The notes beneath the pieces were generated by a model that saw only the letters and a list, made by a program, of their open reading frames with translations, did not search any database and was not told the DNA's origin. A program made the position numbers and the translations under genes. From NCBI GenBank assembly GCA_965237955.1, contig OZ250169.1:2176001-2240000 (forward strand): a stretch of 64,000 bases of DNA, in the 5' to 3' direction. The stretch's first letter is position 1. Every line of letters begins with the position of its first letter. Positions 53,046 through 63,451 of the stretch are shown here, piece after piece. Source of the stretch: Candidatus Marinacidobacterales bacterium. GTDB taxonomy: Bacteria; Acidobacteriota; Vicinamibacteria; Marinacidobacterales; SMYC01.

Positions 53046-54491
53046 GGAGATGCCCCTGAGATAGTTGAAGGTTAGGAGTGGCGGCTCCTAAGGCCGGGTT
53101 CGATAGAATCCGGCTGTGAAGGAAAAAGAAAGGAGCCACCACGATGGTCAAATTACCAAATCATCGATGCGAAGAACAGGAAGAAGCTTCGAGAGATACT
53201 GAGCTCGAAGGGGCAAGCTCTGTTGCCGTTCTTGGATGCGATTGAGCGAACCGAGATAGCGATCGACGAAGTGATCGACGTTGCTGGCCGAGCGACGATC
53301 GAAGCGGTCTTGGATCTGTCAGCCCAAAGTGTGGCTGGGGAGAAACACCCGGGGAAGAAGGGTAGCGATGTTCGCTGGCACGGCCGGCAGGGTGGCGTAG
53401 TAAGCCTTGCGGAGCGGAAGTTGAGAGTGAGCCGGCCACGTCTGCGGCGTAAGGGAAAGGCAGAGGGAGGGGAGGTTGCGATTCCTGCCTACGAAGCGGT
53501 GAACAACTCGTCTCGGCTGAGCCAACGCATCTGGGAAATCCTGATGCTGGGTGTGTCGACGCGCAAGTACGCGTCGGTTCTTCCCGAGATGGCGGAGACG
53601 GTAGGGGTTAGCAAGAGCGAGGTGAGCCGTGAGTTCGTGGAAGCAAGCGCGGAGCAGTTGCAGGGGCTGATGGAGCATCCGCTGGACGAGCTGGAGATCG
53701 CGGTCGTGTACCTGGACGGGATTCGCTTCGGCGAGCACCACGCGCTGGCGGCAATCGGCGTAGATACAGAGGGATACAAGCATGTTCTGGGGCTTCGGGA
53801 TGGAGCATCGGAGAACCAGGTAGTGTGCAAGGCGCTGCTGGAGGACCTGGTCGAACGAGGCCTGAGCCCAGAGCGGTGTCGGCTGTTCGTGATCGATGGC
53901 TCCAAGGCGCTACGGGTCGCCGTCGACGCTGTGTTCGGTACCCACAACAAGGTCCAGCGTTGCAGGAAGCACAAGGAGCGCAATGTGCTCGGTTATCTGC
54001 CGCAGGAGCTGAAGCCGCAAGTGCAAGCGAGCCTGCGTTCGGCCTGGCAGCTCCCAGCAAAGAAGGGCAAAGCGCGGTTGGAGCAACAGGCGAAGTGGCT
54101 CGAGGACGACTACCCCTCGGCGGCGGAGAGCATCCGGGAGGGGCTCGACGAGATGTTCACCATCAACGAGCTCGACCTCCCCGCATCTCTGAAACGCTGC
54201 CTTGGATCGACGAACATCATCGAGTCGTGCTTCAGCGGTGCGCGAGGTCGTACCCGTCGCGTCACCCGCTGGCGCAATGGCAAGATGGTTCTGAGATGGG
54301 CCGCTTCGGCTCTGCTCGCCACGGAGAAAAATTTCCGTCGTATCATTGGATACCAATCGCTACCGATCCTCGAAGCGAAGTTAGCGGAGGTCACTGAGAA
54401 TCAAGCGCTCGACAAGCACGCCAAAGTCGGGTAAACCATGTGTCAGGAGCCGCCACCACCTCGAACCTTCAACTATGGTGGGGGCACCTCC
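53046..54491 (+). mobile_element. IS256-family insertion sequence
   Basis: GGAGATGCCCC..ATAGTTGAAGGTT / AACCTTCAACTAT..GGGGCACCTCC inverted repeats; 8-bp TSD TGATTCTG at 53038-53045 and 54492-54499. Confidence 0.93.
53223..54434 (+). CDS. IS256 (Mutator-like) transposase
   Basis: GVSTRKY, YLDG, VIDGSKAL, QRCRKHKERN, STNIIES; true start probably near 53144. Confidence 0.92.
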   Translation: MPFLDAIERTEIAIDEVIDVAGRATIEAVLDLSAQSVAGEKHPGKKGSDVRWHGRQGGVVSLAERKLRVSRPRLRRKGKAEGGEVAIPAYEAVNNSSRLSQRIWEILMLGVSTRKYASVLPEMAETVGVSKSEVSREFVEASAEQLQGLMEHPLDELEIAVVYLDGIRFGEHHALAAIGVDTEGYKHVLGLRDGASENQVVCKALLEDLVERGLSPERCRLFVIDGSKALRVAVDAVFGTHNKVQRCRKHKERNVLGYLPQELKPQVQASLRSAWQLPAKKGKARLEQQAKWLEDDYPSAAESIREGLDEMFTINELDLPASLKRCLGSTNIIESCFSGARGRTRRVTRWRNGKMVLRWAASALLATEKNFRRIIGYQSLPILEAKLAEVTENQALDKHAKVG

Positions 54492-56043
54492 TGATTCTGA
54501 ACGCACAGGCAGCATGGGTGGCCATCTTTCCGAAGACCCAGCCCGAAACGACGGGTATCGTCTACGTCTTCGAATCGATCAGCTCGAGCTACATGGCGAC
54601 ACGAAGCGACGAGTTCCGGGTGCCGGTGCGACCGGCGGGCCAGTGCGACAACCCGGCCGCTGTTATTTATACAGGCGCCAACCCGAACATCGCTCTCGGG
54701 TCAACGAGCGGGACGCCGTTGGCCCCCGGGTTCCAAGCTTCGGGCATCAGCTCGGTCATCGGCCCCACGGGCATCACCAGCGCTGCCACCGGCGGAGGCG
54801 GTGTCAGCGGACGCACGCTCGCACTCATCGGCGGCACCGGGGGTGCGGCCGCGTTCTTCGCTTTCAGCGGGGGCGACGGCGAAACGACCATCCCCTCGGA
54901 CGGGATCGGCGGCATCTCCACGACCGCGGGCACAACCACGACGACGGTGAGCGGAGGCGGGCCAACGTCCACGACGACGACCGCGACCGCCGGCGGAACG
55001 ACGACATCGATACCCAGTGGCGGAACCACAACAACAGCCGGCGGCGGCGGAAGCACGACAACCGGCGGGACGACCTCCGTCCCGACGACCTCCGTCCCGA
55101 CGACCTCTGTCCCGACGACCTCAATCGCGACCACCACGACGGTTGGAGGCGCGGTTATGCGGCTGGACTCGATTACGGTCAGCCCGTTTGGGCCAGGAAT
55201 ATGGACATTCGACGTCGACGTGACCAACCTGGGGCCGGCCACCGCCCCAAATGTGCTACTCACGTTCAGCCTACCCCCCGCAGATAGGTTTCTCGGAGGC
55301 GCCCCGGGCTGCGTCGGCGGCCTCGGTTTCGGGCAGTGCAGCATCGGTAGCCTTGGAAGCGGCGGGAGCGCATCAAGGGCGCCCGAGCTACAGCTCAACG
55401 GCGGCGGGTCGCACAGGATCACCGGCGGCGGCGGCGGCGGCGGCGGCACGACGGATCCGAACACGGGAAACAACCAGGCCTCGGTGACCGTCAGCACTCT
55501 CCGAACGACGGACGGTACCGCTCCAGTGGCAGCCATTCGGAGCACGATTGATGTTCGCCCGCTGGACGGGCACGTCCGAGCACGGATCACCGTCAACGAC
55601 ACCGGGTCGGAAGAAACGAGCAACTCCGGCCCCCGTCTTCACAGGTTCACGGCCCAAAGTGGAGAGAACCTCGCCGAGGCTCAAGTCGAGCTCGGAGCAG
55701 AGGATTCCGGGACCTGGCGGTTCGATTTCAGCCCCACGGAGACCCTTGTACCCGGGAGCCTGCAGGTCCTGTTCGGCCAAGCCATCGCTCAGAACGGGAG
55801 CTCCATCACCTTTAGGCTCGAGGGTGGGGCGATCCGGCTCCGATTCACGTTCGAGCTCTCTGAAGGAACCCGTTGATTCCTTTGGAGTTCTCTCTCCAAC
55901 GACGATCGCACGGTTAGCAACCGCTTCCTCGGGACAGCTTCGGCGCCGGTCGGGCGGGGACCGTCGGACTTCCTTACGATCCGGCGGGCAGGCTCCGAAC
56001 CCATTGACACCTAAGCTGATACAGTGCGAGGCGGTAACCTGGG

Positions 56044-56060
56044 TGTCGACCTACTTGACA
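56044..56060. promoter_or_regulatory. TGT-N11-ACA enhancer (PEP-CTERM box-like)
   Basis: TGTCGACCTACTTGACA about 110 bp upstream of the sigma-54 site. Confidence 0.6.
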
Positions 56061-56168
56061 CAAAAGGAGGGACAAGGCACGTCTTCGCCATCACCCCCAA
56101 CAGCGACGAGTCTTTCAACAATTACAAACTAAATGGTTTATACGCAAGAGAAGCTTCCGCGAGCCCGC

Positions 56169-56184
56169 TGGCACCATACTTGCT
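56169..56184 (+). promoter_or_regulatory. sigma-54 (-24/-12) promoter
   Basis: TGGCAC-CATAC-TTGCT matches the consensus exactly. Confidence 0.85.
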
Positions 56185-56231
56185 AAAGAGATAGTTAGCT
56201 CACAAGGGTAACCGAAGGAGACAGGAAACCA

Positions 56232-56915
56232 ATGAACTACACAGACACTAAATCGTCGTTACCGGGGCTAATCGGCGTGATCGCCGCCGCCTGTTTGCTG
56301 ACCGCAGTGCCGATGGAAGGCGCGAACCTTATCTTCGACCAAATCAACAATGACGGAACGCTGTCGTACGATGGTTTGGGGGGAGCCCTCGTCGGAACCG
56401 ACATCGTCTTCGAGTCGATTCGGGGCGTGGGAACGGACAATGACACCACGATCGATTGCGACGGCTGCCTTCTCAATTTCAGGACTGGTTCCAACATCGG
56501 CGACGTTGGCGGAGTCTACACTTTCTCTCACTTCGGGTCGTCGTTCACGCTCGTCGGTGGAAGCATCCTCGGCGGCATCCCCGGTGGTACCACGCTCTTG
56601 GAAGGCCGCTTCACACGTACAGTTAACGTGACTGTTTTTGGCGAAAGCGTGCTGATCATGACGGGTAGCGGCGAGGACGAAAAGGACCCGGACCTTATCG
56701 ACTTTTTCTTCGATGGGGCTCCGGAGAATTTCATATTCGTCGATAGCGTGATTCAGATCAGCGGCATTACGGTCGGACCAGGCACGGCGTTTAGCGCGGA
56801 CCTCGCAGAAGGGGGCAACGCGGACCTCATCAACTCGGTCCCCGCGCCGGGTACGACCGCTCTGTTCCTGCTCGGATTGAGTGGCCTCGCCGCCTATCGA
56901 CGTCGTCGGAACTGA
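56232..56915 (+). CDS. PEP-CTERM sorting domain protein
   Basis: Signal peptide; C-terminal VPAPG + hydrophobic helix + RRRR. Confidence 0.9.
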   Translation: MNYTDTKSSLPGLIGVIAAACLLTAVPMEGANLIFDQINNDGTLSYDGLGGALVGTDIVFESIRGVGTDNDTTIDCDGCLLNFRTGSNIGDVGGVYTFSHFGSSFTLVGGSILGGIPGGTTLLEGRFTRTVNVTVFGESVLIMTGSGEDEKDPDLIDFFFDGAPENFIFVDSVIQISGITVGPGTAFSADLAEGGNADLINSVPAPGTTALFLLGLSGLAAYRRRRN

Positions 56916-56921
56916 GCCGTT

Positions 56922-57575
56922 CTAAGCACCGCGCAAGGCTCCGCCCCTCCGGGGGGCGGGGCCTTTCGTCGTTTCGGGCCGGCTCACATGATCGCTATCC
57001 GGCGTGAAGAACCGGAGTTTTTTACGGGACCATTCCCTCGCATAGTCCACGCCGACGCGGCGCGCGGCTGCGGTGTTTGGCGCGCGCCTCGTCCGACCTC
57101 GACGAATGTATAACGCCTCGCTCGTGACGAGGTCCGCTCCATCGAGACTTCGATCGATGGCGAGCGCTTGCGCGAGCTTCGCGGGGCCCGAGCAGAGCTC
57201 GGTCTCACGCGCCTTGCCCCGTCGCCGTTTCATCTCTTCAAGCCCTTCCAGGGGCTCGAGAGCGCGGATGAGACACGCGGTAGGCACCTCCTCGTGCTCG
57301 GCGACGACATTGCAGCACCAGTGCATCCCATAGACGAAATAGACGTAGGCGTGGCCGCCGTCGAGCCACATCGAGGCGTTGCGTTTTGTGCGGCGGCCCC
57401 CGTAGCTGTGGGCGGCACGGTCTTTGACGCCTAGGTAGGCCTCGACCTCTACGATGCGACCGGTCAGCTCCTGTCCGTCATCGAGCCGACGGACGAGGAT
57501 TTGGCCCAAAAGCGCCTTGGCGAGCCTCACGGGGTCGCGTCGGTAGAAACGGCGCGTCAGCCTCTCGCCCGTCAT
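56922..57575 (-). CDS. DNA-3-methyladenine glycosylase (MPG/AAG family)
   Basis: GRIVEVEAY, AYVYFVYGMH, LIRALEP, CSGPAKL. Confidence 0.93.
   Translation of the reverse strand: MTGERLTRRFYRRDPVRLAKALLGQILVRRLDDGQELTGRIVEVEAYLGVKDRAAHSYGGRRTKRNASMWLDGGHAYVYFVYGMHWCCNVVAEHEEVPTACLIRALEPLEGLEEMKRRRGKARETELCSGPAKLAQALAIDRSLDGADLVTSEALYIRRGRTRRAPNTAAARRVGVDYAREWSRKKLRFFTPDSDHVSRPETTKGPAPRRGGALRGA
56935..56966 (+). terminator. intrinsic terminator hairpin
   Basis: AAGGCTCCGCCCCTCCGGGGGGCGGGGCCTTT. Confidence 0.65.
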
Positions 57576-58783
57576 GGGGCGAGCGAACGGGCGGCGGTGA
57601 GGGCGTAGACGACCGCAACGTCCTCGAGGTCTCGACGCTTGATGAATTCCTTGGGGCCGTGAGCCACGGAGAGGAGGCCTGGGCCGTAGGCGAACGCCGG
57701 TACCCCGCGTTCCGCGTAGAAACGGATCTCGAGAATACCGGGACAGAGCTCGAGTCGGGCGGGCTCGCCGCGAACTTCGGCGATGGCTTCCCGGACAACG
57801 GCGGCGGCGGGGTCGGACTCGGATACGCCCGCGAGGCGGGTTTCCTGGAAGACGTCGACTTCGACGTCTCCGTCGGTGGAGTGGATCGCATCCAGGAGTC
57901 GCTTTTTCTCGGTGTCGAAATCCTCTTCGGGGTTGATGCGACGATCGACGCTGAACGTGACGCTCTCGGGAACGACGTTGAAGTTCGCGCCGCCGGAGAC
58001 TTCGCCTCCCATCATCAAGATGGAGCGGCGGGCGTCTCCCGGCTCGATGGTATAGCTAGTCAGGCGTTCGTGCACTTCGCGCTCGAGCGCGCGGAGCGCG
58101 CCCGCCACCGCGAGCATGTGCTCGAAGGCGTTGATGCCACGGTAGGCGAGCCCCACGTGGGACTGGCGGCCGCGAACGGTGATGCGGCAGGTGATGGCGC
58201 CGCGCCAGGTGTGCCACACGACTCCGCCCGTCGGCTCTGCCGTGATCATCGCGACGGCGTCTTCGCCGACGAGACGGCCTCTCTCGGTCAGGACGTGCGA
58301 TCCGAGCGCACCACCGGTCTCCTCGTCGGGGACGACCTGCAGCGCGATCCGGCCATTCAGCAGCGCTCCGATCTCCCTGAGGGCCCACATGGCGTAGATC
58401 ATCGAGACGAGGCCGCCCTTCATGTCCGTGGAACCCCGGCCGAAGATCGTGTCGTCGGTGACGCGCGGTGTGAACTGATCCCGCGATTGCGCGGGCACGA
58501 CGTTGTAGTGCCCGTGGAAGTAAATAGTCGGAGAGGACTCGCCAAGCGCGGCGCGTAGCCAGAAGCGTGGGTGCTCCGGGTCCGCGTCGCCTCCGGGGAC
58601 GGGCTCGATCCGGCTTTCGAATCCGATCGCGTTCACGCGTTCGCCGAGAAGCCGAACGCAACGCTCGTAGTCGCGGCCGGGTGGGTTCTCGGTAGCGATG
58701 GCGAGGAGCGCGGCGGTGAGCTCCGCCATCTCATCTTGGCGCGACTCAATTGCCCGTTTCAGTTGTTCGAGCACCTCAAACAT
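57572..58783 (-). CDS. M20 ArgE/DapE-family deacylase
   Basis: HGHYNVVP, GRGSTDMKGG, DEETGG, AEPT, AHGPKE. Confidence 0.88.
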   Translation of the reverse strand: MFEVLEQLKRAIESRQDEMAELTAALLAIATENPPGRDYERCVRLLGERVNAIGFESRIEPVPGGDADPEHPRFWLRAALGESSPTIYFHGHYNVVPAQSRDQFTPRVTDDTIFGRGSTDMKGGLVSMIYAMWALREIGALLNGRIALQVVPDEETGGALGSHVLTERGRLVGEDAVAMITAEPTGGVVWHTWRGAITCRITVRGRQSHVGLAYRGINAFEHMLAVAGALRALEREVHERLTSYTIEPGDARRSILMMGGEVSGGANFNVVPESVTFSVDRRINPEEDFDTEKKRLLDAIHSTDGDVEVDVFQETRLAGVSESDPAAAVVREAIAEVRGEPARLELCPGILEIRFYAERGVPAFAYGPGLLSVAHGPKEFIKRRDLEDVAVVYALTAARSLAP

Positions 58784-58801
58784 CCTACCCCAGCCCGCCA
58801 C

Positions 58802-59966
58802 ATGAGACTTCGAAGCTTCGGTCCCGGCCTTCTCGTTGCTGCCGCGTTCATCGGGCCCGGAACGATCGTCACGGCATCACGCGCGGGCGCGAGCTACGGA
58901 ACCGCGCTTCTCTGGGCGGTGGTCTTCTCGGTCATCGCGACGGCCGTTTCGAAGGAGATGGCCGCGCGGGTCGGGCTCGTAACCCGGAAGGGGTTGAGCG
59001 AAGCGATCCGGGAGAGTTTCTCGGAACCCGTTGTTCGGTTCCTTTCTCTCGGCCTGGTCGCCGTCGCGATTACGCTTGGAAACGCCGCGTACGAAACGGG
59101 GAATCTACTCGTCGCTTCCCTCGGTCTCGAGATTTTGAGTGGCGTCTCACGCAAGCCCTGGGTTTTCGTCATCGCGGCCGCCGCATTCGCGATCTTGATG
59201 AGCGGCACGTACCGGATCATCCAACGTGTCCTCGTCGGGCTCGTCGTGCTCATGAGCTTCGTGTTTCTCGTGACGGCCATCCTGGTGAAGCCCTCTGTTG
59301 CCGAGCTCGCCCACGGTTTGATCCCATCGGTGCCCGACGGCTCCCTCCTCACGATCCTCGCGCTCATCGGAACCACGGTCGTGCCGTACAACCTGTTTCT
59401 TCACGCGAGCACGGTGCAGGAGAAATGGCCGGACGAGTCATCCACAGAACAGGCGCTCGCGGAGTCGCGGATGGACACCACTCTTTCGGTTGCCCTCGGC
59501 GGGCTTGTCACGATCGCCGTCGTCGTGAATGCCACACCGCTCGACGACATCGCGAGCCTGGGTCCGTGGGCTCGGTCCTTCTTCGAAGCTCGGGCCCTTC
59601 GTAGCCGGCCTCACGAGCGCCATCACGGCACCTCTCGCGGCCGCTTACGCGACGTCCGGCGCACTCGGCTGGGAGCACGACCTGAAAGCGATCCGCTTCC
59701 GCGCGGTTTGGGGTTTCGTCATCGTCACCGGCTTCGTCCTCGCGCTCGTCGGCCGAAGCCCAACCGAAGCCATCGTGCTCGCACAGGCAGCGAACGCCCT
59801 TCTGCAACCTCTGATTGTGGTCTTCCTGCTGTTCGTCGTGAACAACGCGAACCTGATGGGCTCGTTCCGAAATCGCGCGCTGGCGAATCTGCTCGGGGTC
59901 ATCGTGGTCCTGGTGGTAGCGGGGCTCGGCGTCTACCAACTAATGCGAGTCTTTGGTCTGGTGTAA
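58802..59966 (+). pseudogene. Nramp-family divalent metal transporter, frameshifted
   Basis: GPGLLVAAAFIGPG, GTTVVPYNLFLH; C-terminal AGLTSAITAPLAA is in another frame (shift near 59590). Confidence 0.8.
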
Positions 59967-60743
59967 CCAGCGGCCTTCCATGCCCCCTGCAATCGGCATG
60001 ATCGTTGCGCTCAAATGCCCGGCAAGCACCGGCGACGTCAAGAACACGATCGCGCGCGCCACGTCTTCGGGCTGAGCGATCTTGCGAAGTGCCATCGTCG
60101 CGGTGACGCGCGGGATCGCGGTGGGATCTTCCATCGAAGCTGCGGCCATCGGAGTGTCGACCCACCCGGGACACACGCAATTCACTCGACCCCTCGGCGC
60201 GATGCGTACGATCTCGTTCTTCAAGCTTCGCGTCATCCCGTAGGCCATCGCCGCTTTGGCTGCCGAGTAATCGGTGTGATTCTCTTCCCCGAAAAGCGCG
60301 GCGGTGGAGGCGACGAGAACGATCGACGCGTCGTCCCGCGGCACGTCCGCGAGGTGACGCAGGAACCCGCGGCACGAAAGAAACGCCCCAGTGAGGTCGG
60401 TGTCCATCGTACGTCGCCATTGCTCGAGCGTCATCGCGTGTAGCGGCACTTCATCAGCTATCCAAATGCCGGCGTTGACGACGAGAGCGTCGAGCCGCGA
60501 GAGCTTCCCGAGAGCCACCGCGTACATCGCCTCGACAGATCTCTCGTCGGAAACGTCGGCCTGGACGAGCAGGGTCTCCCCGCCGAGCTCTCTCGCGAGC
60601 GCCTCGGCAGCCTCTCGGTTGGAGTTGTAGTGAAGCACGAGCCGCGCCCCCTCCTCGGCGAACGCACGCGCCGTTTCCGTACCGATCCCACCCGACGCCC
60701 CCGTAACGAGTACGACTTGCCCTTCCAAACCGCTTCGCATCAT
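59940..60743 (-). CDS. SDR family oxidoreductase
   Basis: TGASGGIG, NAG, YSAAK, PGWVDT. Confidence 0.93.
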   Translation of the reverse strand: MMRSGLEGQVVLVTGASGGIGTETARAFAEEGARLVLHYNSNREAAEALARELGGETLLVQADVSDERSVEAMYAVALGKLSRLDALVVNAGIWIADEVPLHAMTLEQWRRTMDTDLTGAFLSCRGFLRHLADVPRDDASIVLVASTAALFGEENHTDYSAAKAAMAYGMTRSLKNEIVRIAPRGRVNCVCPGWVDTPMAAASMEDPTAIPRVTATMALRKIAQPEDVARAIVFLTSPVLAGHLSATIMPIAGGMEGRWLHQTKDSH

Positions 60744-61004
60744 CAACTCCTTGTCGCCACATCATACTCGGGACCGCCCGTAGGGGTTTCCCCACAACCT
60801 TTCGTTGGGAAACTCCCCTGCTCTCGCTCACAGCTTCGAAGCCGAGCCTCGACTAGAGTGGTTTCACTTTGACGATTCTCTTCGTAGTCGGCGTGCTCGG
60901 ATTCTTCGTCCTGGGATGCTGTGCATGGATGGCCGTAGTCCCGCTCATTCGGAGCTTTTCCGAGTAAGAGACGACTCCTTCGATCCCTGCCCAGGAGGCA
61001 AGGC

Positions 61005-61505
61005 ATGTGGAGAAAAAATGAGGCCAACGACTCTTCAGTACGTCGTGCTACGCATCCGAAAGTGCCGAAAGTGGCGAAAGTGGCGACACCGGCGCCCCCA
61101 GCGACGCCCGCCCGTATCGCTCATATCGGGGGGAGCGTCTCGATCAAAGGCGACCTCTACGGCGAAGAAGATCTCTTCATCGAAGGACGGATCGAAGGTA
61201 AGATTACCGTCAAGAAGGGCAGCGTGACGGTAGGAGAGAAGGGCCGCGTGCAGGCGGATATCAAGGCGACGAATATTCAAGTCGCCGGCGAGGTCGAGGG
61301 AGACCTGACGGGGCGAGAACAGGTCGTGCTTCTCGAGACCGGACGCGTGCACGGCAATATCAAAGAAAAGAAGGTCACGCTCCAAAATGGCGCGCAGTTC
61401 AAAGGCAGCATCGACATGGAATCCGCGGGCGGTGGCCAGGAGTCGCAAGCAAGCGGAGCCGTTTCCGGCAAAGCCAACGGGGCGAGCGCAACCCAGAGAC
61501 TTTGA
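61005..61505 (+). CDS. bactofilin (polymer-forming cytoskeletal protein)
   Basis: IGGSVSIKGDL..EDLFIEGRIEGKI...GAQFKGSIDM. Confidence 0.9.
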   Translation: MWRKNEANDSSVRRATHPKVPKVAKVATPAPPATPARIAHIGGSVSIKGDLYGEEDLFIEGRIEGKITVKKGSVTVGEKGRVQADIKATNIQVAGEVEGDLTGREQVVLLETGRVHGNIKEKKVTLQNGAQFKGSIDMESAGGGQESQASGAVSGKANGASATQRL

Positions 61506-61510
61506 AAACC

Positions 61511-62227
61511 ATGAGATCGTTTTTTAGTGAATCCAACCGGGCGACTTCCCGAAAAGGCCACGCCAAGACCAGCCAAAAATCACTCGGGCTCCGTAGTCTC
61601 TTACCGGAATCCGAAGACGCAACGCTCAAAGTGCTCGACCTCGGTCCCGCGCGCTCCGCGAACCTCGAGTTTTTTTCTCGTTATGGAGGACAGCTGACAG
61701 TTGCCGACTTCTACAGCGGCTTACGCTCCGCGCGCGCAGCCACCACGAGCGAAGACGACGATCGGAAGGCCAAGGCGTTTGCCGAGCTTCTCCCGTTCGA
61801 CAAGTCGACGCGGTTCGATTTGATCCTCGCGTGGGATTTACTGAACTACTTGACGCCCCAAGAGCAACACTTGCTCATGGCGAGCCTCGAGCCGTTTTGC
61901 ATGGCGGGAACGGGAATCCTCGCGTTCGTGTCGACACAAAAAGAAATGCCTCCGGCACCGTCCACGTATTCGATTCGGGACGCGGACACGCTCGTCTACG
62001 AGGAGCGCGAAGGACGCGCGCGACCGTGTCCGCGCTATCTCGAAGGTGATCTGCTCAAGCGTATGCAGGGACTGACGGTCGAAAACCGCGTCCAACTGAG
62101 AAACGGAATGCTCGAGTACGTGTTCTCGTACCGGATGAGCTCGCGCACCGTCGCGAAGGCGTCTAGCGAAGCGCGCCGTTATCGGTTGGATCCGGCGCCT
62201 CGATGGAGCTCAACACCTTCCCGATAA
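61511..62227 (+). CDS. methyltransferase-fold hypothetical protein
   Basis: VLDLGP, FDLILAWDLLNYL; coupled to the bactofilin gene. Confidence 0.65.
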   Translation: MRSFFSESNRATSRKGHAKTSQKSLGLRSLLPESEDATLKVLDLGPARSANLEFFSRYGGQLTVADFYSGLRSARAATTSEDDDRKAKAFAELLPFDKSTRFDLILAWDLLNYLTPQEQHLLMASLEPFCMAGTGILAFVSTQKEMPPAPSTYSIRDADTLVYEEREGRARPCPRYLEGDLLKRMQGLTVENRVQLRNGMLEYVFSYRMSSRTVAKASSEARRYRLDPAPRWSSTPSR

Positions 62228-63380
62228 ACTCGTCTAAACCGCCACGGATCCAGCGCACCACGACGACCACATCGTTCTCCCAATCGATGTAGACGATGTT
62301 CGATCCGGCGCCGGTGAACCTCACCGAGCTCTCGGGGGCAGACGGAAGCGCCTGGCGTCGCTCGCCTTCGTCGTTCACGTAGGGCTCGTTCAGAGACCAG
62401 TTCATGAAGCCGTAACCTTTGTTCACGCCGGGCGTTCGCGCCATCTGGATCCACTCTTCGGAAATGATGCGTTTTTTGTCCCACTTGCCGTTGCGCAGGA
62501 ACAGATAACCGAAGCGGGCGAGATCGCGGGCGCTGATGTGCATCCCGCCACCCCAGTGGCCCCCGCCGCTCACGGACTGCACGTGCTGGCCGTCGATCAT
62601 CACCCACGAGTTCTCGTAGCCGTGCCACCGCCACGTGTTCGTCGCGCCGATGGGATCCATGACGTACTCGAGCAACACTTGAGGCAGGGGGCGGCGCCAG
62701 ACGTGCGCCGCAAGAAGTGCTAAGACGTTCACGCGGACGTCGTTGTATTTGTAGTGAGTACCCGGCTCGTACTTCGGTCGGTTGGGGTAATCTTGAGGTG
62801 ACTCGCCAACGGGACGGTCGGCCCAGTCGGGCTTACCCCACAACGTTCCTTCCCAATCGCTCGTTTGTCGCAACAAGTGATCCCAGGTGATGCTGTCGTT
62901 GTGCTCGCTTGCGAACAGCTCTTGGGTGGGATCGTAGTCGCTCGCTAGATCGTGGACGTCGGCGATGAGTCCCCGGTCCCAGGCGAGACCGACGGTCGTG
63001 GACAGGAACGTCTTGGTGACGCTGAACGTCATGTCCACCTTTTTGGTCTCACCCCATTCGGCAACGATATACCCGTTTTTCACGACGACGACATTCAGCG
63101 GCGCGCGGACCGTCGTCGGACCGATACGCTGTGAGTACGGCTCGCGACTGAATCCGCTGAGCTCGTGGTTGAGCGCCAGGTCTTTGTTCGCGGGCGATTC
63201 CCGAGTGATGGCAAAATCGATGGCCTCTTGGAGGCGTGCCTGGTTCAGGTTGAGCTCGCCCGGCGCGCGCTCCGCCCAGTTGCGACGCTCGGGGAAGTAG
63301 TGGTCCTGGTCCTGGCCCAGGGCCAAGCTCGAGACCAAGAGGGCGAACATCATAGCGACTAGCGTGTTGAACCTATGCAT
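62163..63380 (-). CDS. serine hydrolase (beta-lactamase family)
   Basis: FSVTK, YKYND, ISARDLARFGYL; signal peptide. Confidence 0.9.
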   Translation of the reverse strand: MHRFNTLVAMMFALLVSSLALGQDQDHYFPERRNWAERAPGELNLNQARLQEAIDFAITRESPANKDLALNHELSGFSREPYSQRIGPTTVRAPLNVVVVKNGYIVAEWGETKKVDMTFSVTKTFLSTTVGLAWDRGLIADVHDLASDYDPTQELFASEHNDSITWDHLLRQTSDWEGTLWGKPDWADRPVGESPQDYPNRPKYEPGTHYKYNDVRVNVLALLAAHVWRRPLPQVLLEYVMDPIGATNTWRWHGYENSWVMIDGQHVQSVSGGGHWGGGMHISARDLARFGYLFLRNGKWDKKRIISEEWIQMARTPGVNKGYGFMNWSLNEPYVNDEGERRQALPSAPESSVRFTGAGSNIVYIDWENDVVVVVRWIRGGLDEFIGKVLSSIEAPDPTDNGALR

Positions 63381-63451
63381 GCGAATCTCCATTGCGGCCG
63401 CGATGATGTTATGCGGCTCCTCGGGATCGCGCAAATTGGTATCATCGGCCG

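Larger units (their letters stand above)
52770..55876 (+). pseudogene. secreted Thr/Gly-rich protein with DUF11-like domain, interrupted by IS256
   Basis: ...WHFVPMIL | NAQAAWV... is continuous once the IS is removed; VTNLGPATAPNV...DPNTGNNQAS; TTSVP repeats. Confidence 0.8.

Noticed and set aside
55070-55450. 15-bp and GGC tandem repeats
   Set aside because: They encode low-complexity TTSVP and poly-Gly linkers
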